From NCBI GenBank assembly GCA_030586555.1, contig JAURAC010000022.1, positions 1 through 56,056 of the forward strand: a stretch of 56,056 nt of DNA. The letters run 5' to 3'. The notes under the pieces were generated by a model. It saw only the letters and a list, made by a program, of their open reading frames with translations, made no database searches and was not told the DNA's origin. Positions 54,483 through 56,056 of this stretch are shown piece by piece. Numbering within the stretch: position 1 is the stretch's first letter; the number at the start of each line of letters is the position of its first letter. The position numbers and the translations under genes are program-made. Source of the DNA: Candidatus Subterrananammoxibius californiae (GTDB taxonomy: Bacteria > Planctomycetota > Brocadiia > Brocadiales > Subterrananammoxibiaceae).

Positions 54483-54676
54483 ACAACAAGGTTTTACCTC
54501 GAGCAATGGCAGGGTGGCATGGACAAATTCATTTGTCCGTGCCATTCTTACACGGATAAACAAGTTTATCCATGCCACCCCCTTTCTTGTGTAAATGTAC
54601 GGCAGCAGAGCAATGAGTGAAATCAACGAACATAAAGCTGAAAGCCCGCAGGTTTTGGGTGGGTTCGTTGTCTACC
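54478..54676. repeat. Nested composite: GGTAGACAAC doublet enclosing a GGGTGGCATGG doublet
   Basis: 54478-54501 and 54624-54676 in inverted orientation flank 54512-54580. Confidence 0.85.
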
Positions 54677-54703
54677 GTAAGGCTCGTAATGGAGATTTGT
54701 AAA

Positions 54704-55366
54704 ATGCCAGAACTTACTATCGAAGAAGTACTTGAACACATCTGGACAACGGAAGAAGAGGAACATAACAAAATTGGTAAAGACCAGTTAGTTAATTGGG
54801 TTAAACCAGAGCTTGTTGAGGACGTTTTAAAAGAGATGCTTCATGCTGGTTATGTGTTTGTTCAGGATTCCAGGATACGACTCACACCTGACGGAAAGAA
54901 GGTTGCAAGGCTTATCGTCAGAAGGCATCGTCTTGCCGAAAGATTGCTGACCGATGTGCTTGAGGTCAGGGCTGATACGGTTGCATCGAGCGCCTGCGAT
55001 TTTGAGCATTTTTTAAACGAAGAAGTAACCACAAGCATCTGTACGCTGTTAGGGCATCCTGTAAGCTGTCCGCACGGTAAGGCAATCCCGCCCGGGGACT
55101 GTTGTGCAAAGGAAAGAAAGGTGCTTAAGCCCCTTGTAACTGCATTATCGGAATTGCACTCTGGTGATGAAGCGAGAATAGCCTATATCACAACGAGGCA
55201 CCACAGCCGACTGGATAGGCTTTCCTCTCTGGGGCTGCTGCCCGGCGTTGACCTGCGAGTTCATCAAAAACAGCCCACAATTGTAATTCAAATGGGGGAG
55301 ACTCAAATTGCCCTTGACAACGAGGTTGCGCGCGACATATACGTCCGTCTGGCACATCATACATGA
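54704..55366 (+). CDS. DtxR/MntR family metal-dependent regulator with C-terminal FeoA domain
   Basis: EEVLEHIW, RRHRLAERLL, ACDFEH, CPHGKAIP, and FeoA (RLSSLGLLPG). Confidence 0.9.
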   Translation: MPELTIEEVLEHIWTTEEEEHNKIGKDQLVNWVKPELVEDVLKEMLHAGYVFVQDSRIRLTPDGKKVARLIVRRHRLAERLLTDVLEVRADTVASSACDFEHFLNEEVTTSICTLLGHPVSCPHGKAIPPGDCCAKERKVLKPLVTALSELHSGDEARIAYITTRHHSRLDRLSSLGLLPGVDLRVHQKQPTIVIQMGETQIALDNEVARDIYVRLAHHT

Positions 55367-55709
55367 TTGAATTTCCAGTAACACTAACTTGATAATATTT
55401 GTTGAAAATAGACATCTCCTCCTTAAAAAACCATAAAGATATTCAAAGGAAGCGTTTGAGTAAGGCGATGTTTATTCTTGGAAGTGTTTTTTTTTCTTGC
55501 ATTTTTGGTCTTTTTGTGTAAAATCGGATATAATTTATTACCAGGATGGGAAATTTTCAAATCCAGAAACAAAATCTAATCATGGACAATAGTCAAGAAA
55601 AATGTCTTTCGTTTCCTTTTAGTCGCAGGGTTTTGGGGGGGGAAAAGTAAGAAAGGGGGTGATTGACCAGAAAAACCAATAGTAGACGGCTATTTGCGAG
55701 CCAGCGTTT

Positions 55710-55786
55710 TGTCATCGCGAGTGGGGAAGTAATCTCATGTACTTCCCATACTTGGTTGTATGGGAACTTTGTATTTCGCAATGACA
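55710..55786. repeat. Degenerate GTCATTGCGAG-family element
   Basis: tgtcatcgcgag ... ttcgcaatgaca with an internal ttcccatac/gtatgggaa hairpin. Confidence 0.7.
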
Positions 55787-55830
55787 GGCTTTGGTCTAAT
55801 TTGTGCTTAAATTGAAAGGAGTTCCATAAA

Positions 55831-56056
55831 ATGTCACATAAAATGAGGGAAAAAGGACATAGGTTTTTAATGGGGGTTATGATAGTTGTGGTTTCTTTAA
55901 CCTGCGCAGGGGTAGGGGGCGCATTTGGTCAGAATATTTCCAGAGACCCAACCGATTTTGCACCTTATGGTGGACCTTTAGGACGGACGACACCAGCAAC
56001 AGTAGACATAGACTTTTGGGCGCATGAGCGCACTGGTACACTCGACGTAGGTCCAG
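55831..56056 (+). CDS. Secreted protein, 3'-partial
   Basis: SD aaagga and open frame MSHKMREKGHRFLMGVMIVVVSLTCAGVGGAFGQ... running off the window. Confidence 0.6.
   Translation, partial: MSHKMREKGHRFLMGVMIVVVSLTCAGVGGAFGQNISRDPTDFAPYGGPLGRTTPATVDIDFWAHERTGTLDVGP

Noticed and set aside
1..56056. tRNA, rRNA, CRISPR, integrase or transposase
   Set aside because: None recognisable by eye. The enzyme responsible for the repeats, if any, must lie outside the window.

Overview
A gene-dense, roughly 42% GC (estimated by eye) bacterial chromosomal segment with no rRNA, tRNA, CRISPR array, integrase or transposase that I can recognise. Gene content is suggestive of an anaerobic Planctomycetota (Ca. 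Brocadiia-like) or similar lineage, but that is only an inference. Main blocks: cobK and neighbours; HEAT-repeat/HU/RseC/M20 peptidase genes; a secreted beta-propeller protein; a minus-strand TCA-branch cluster (Re-citrate synthase, sucC, sucD, ferredoxin, 2-oxoacid:ferredoxin oxidoreductase alpha and beta, a GNAT-gamma-subunit fusion, fumarate hydratase alpha and beta); trpE and two M16 peptidases; a heavy-metal island (csoR, copA, BlaI-like repressor, M56 peptidase, tolC, cusB, four-helix-bundle gene, cusA, P-type ATPase, YHS and Cys-rich secreted proteins); an S41 protease; modE-A-B-C; feoB and a DtxR-FeoA regulator. Six small toxin-antitoxin-like cassettes are scattered between these genes. 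The most striking signal is that the window is saturated with several families of short palindromic (REP-like) elements and with inverted 7-8-mer arrays. These are often nested, often supply stop codons, and are repeatedly translated in-frame inside conserved enzymes (CobK, M20 peptidase, SucC, SucD, TrpE four times, CopA, CusA, ModC, FeoB and others). One array family brackets the four-helix-bundle gene, and an 'empty' copy of the same element lies one gene upstream. Other candidates for novel biology are the GNAT-oxidoreductase gamma fusion and a Cys-free BlaI/M56 pair with two clear operators ahead of a metal efflux pump.
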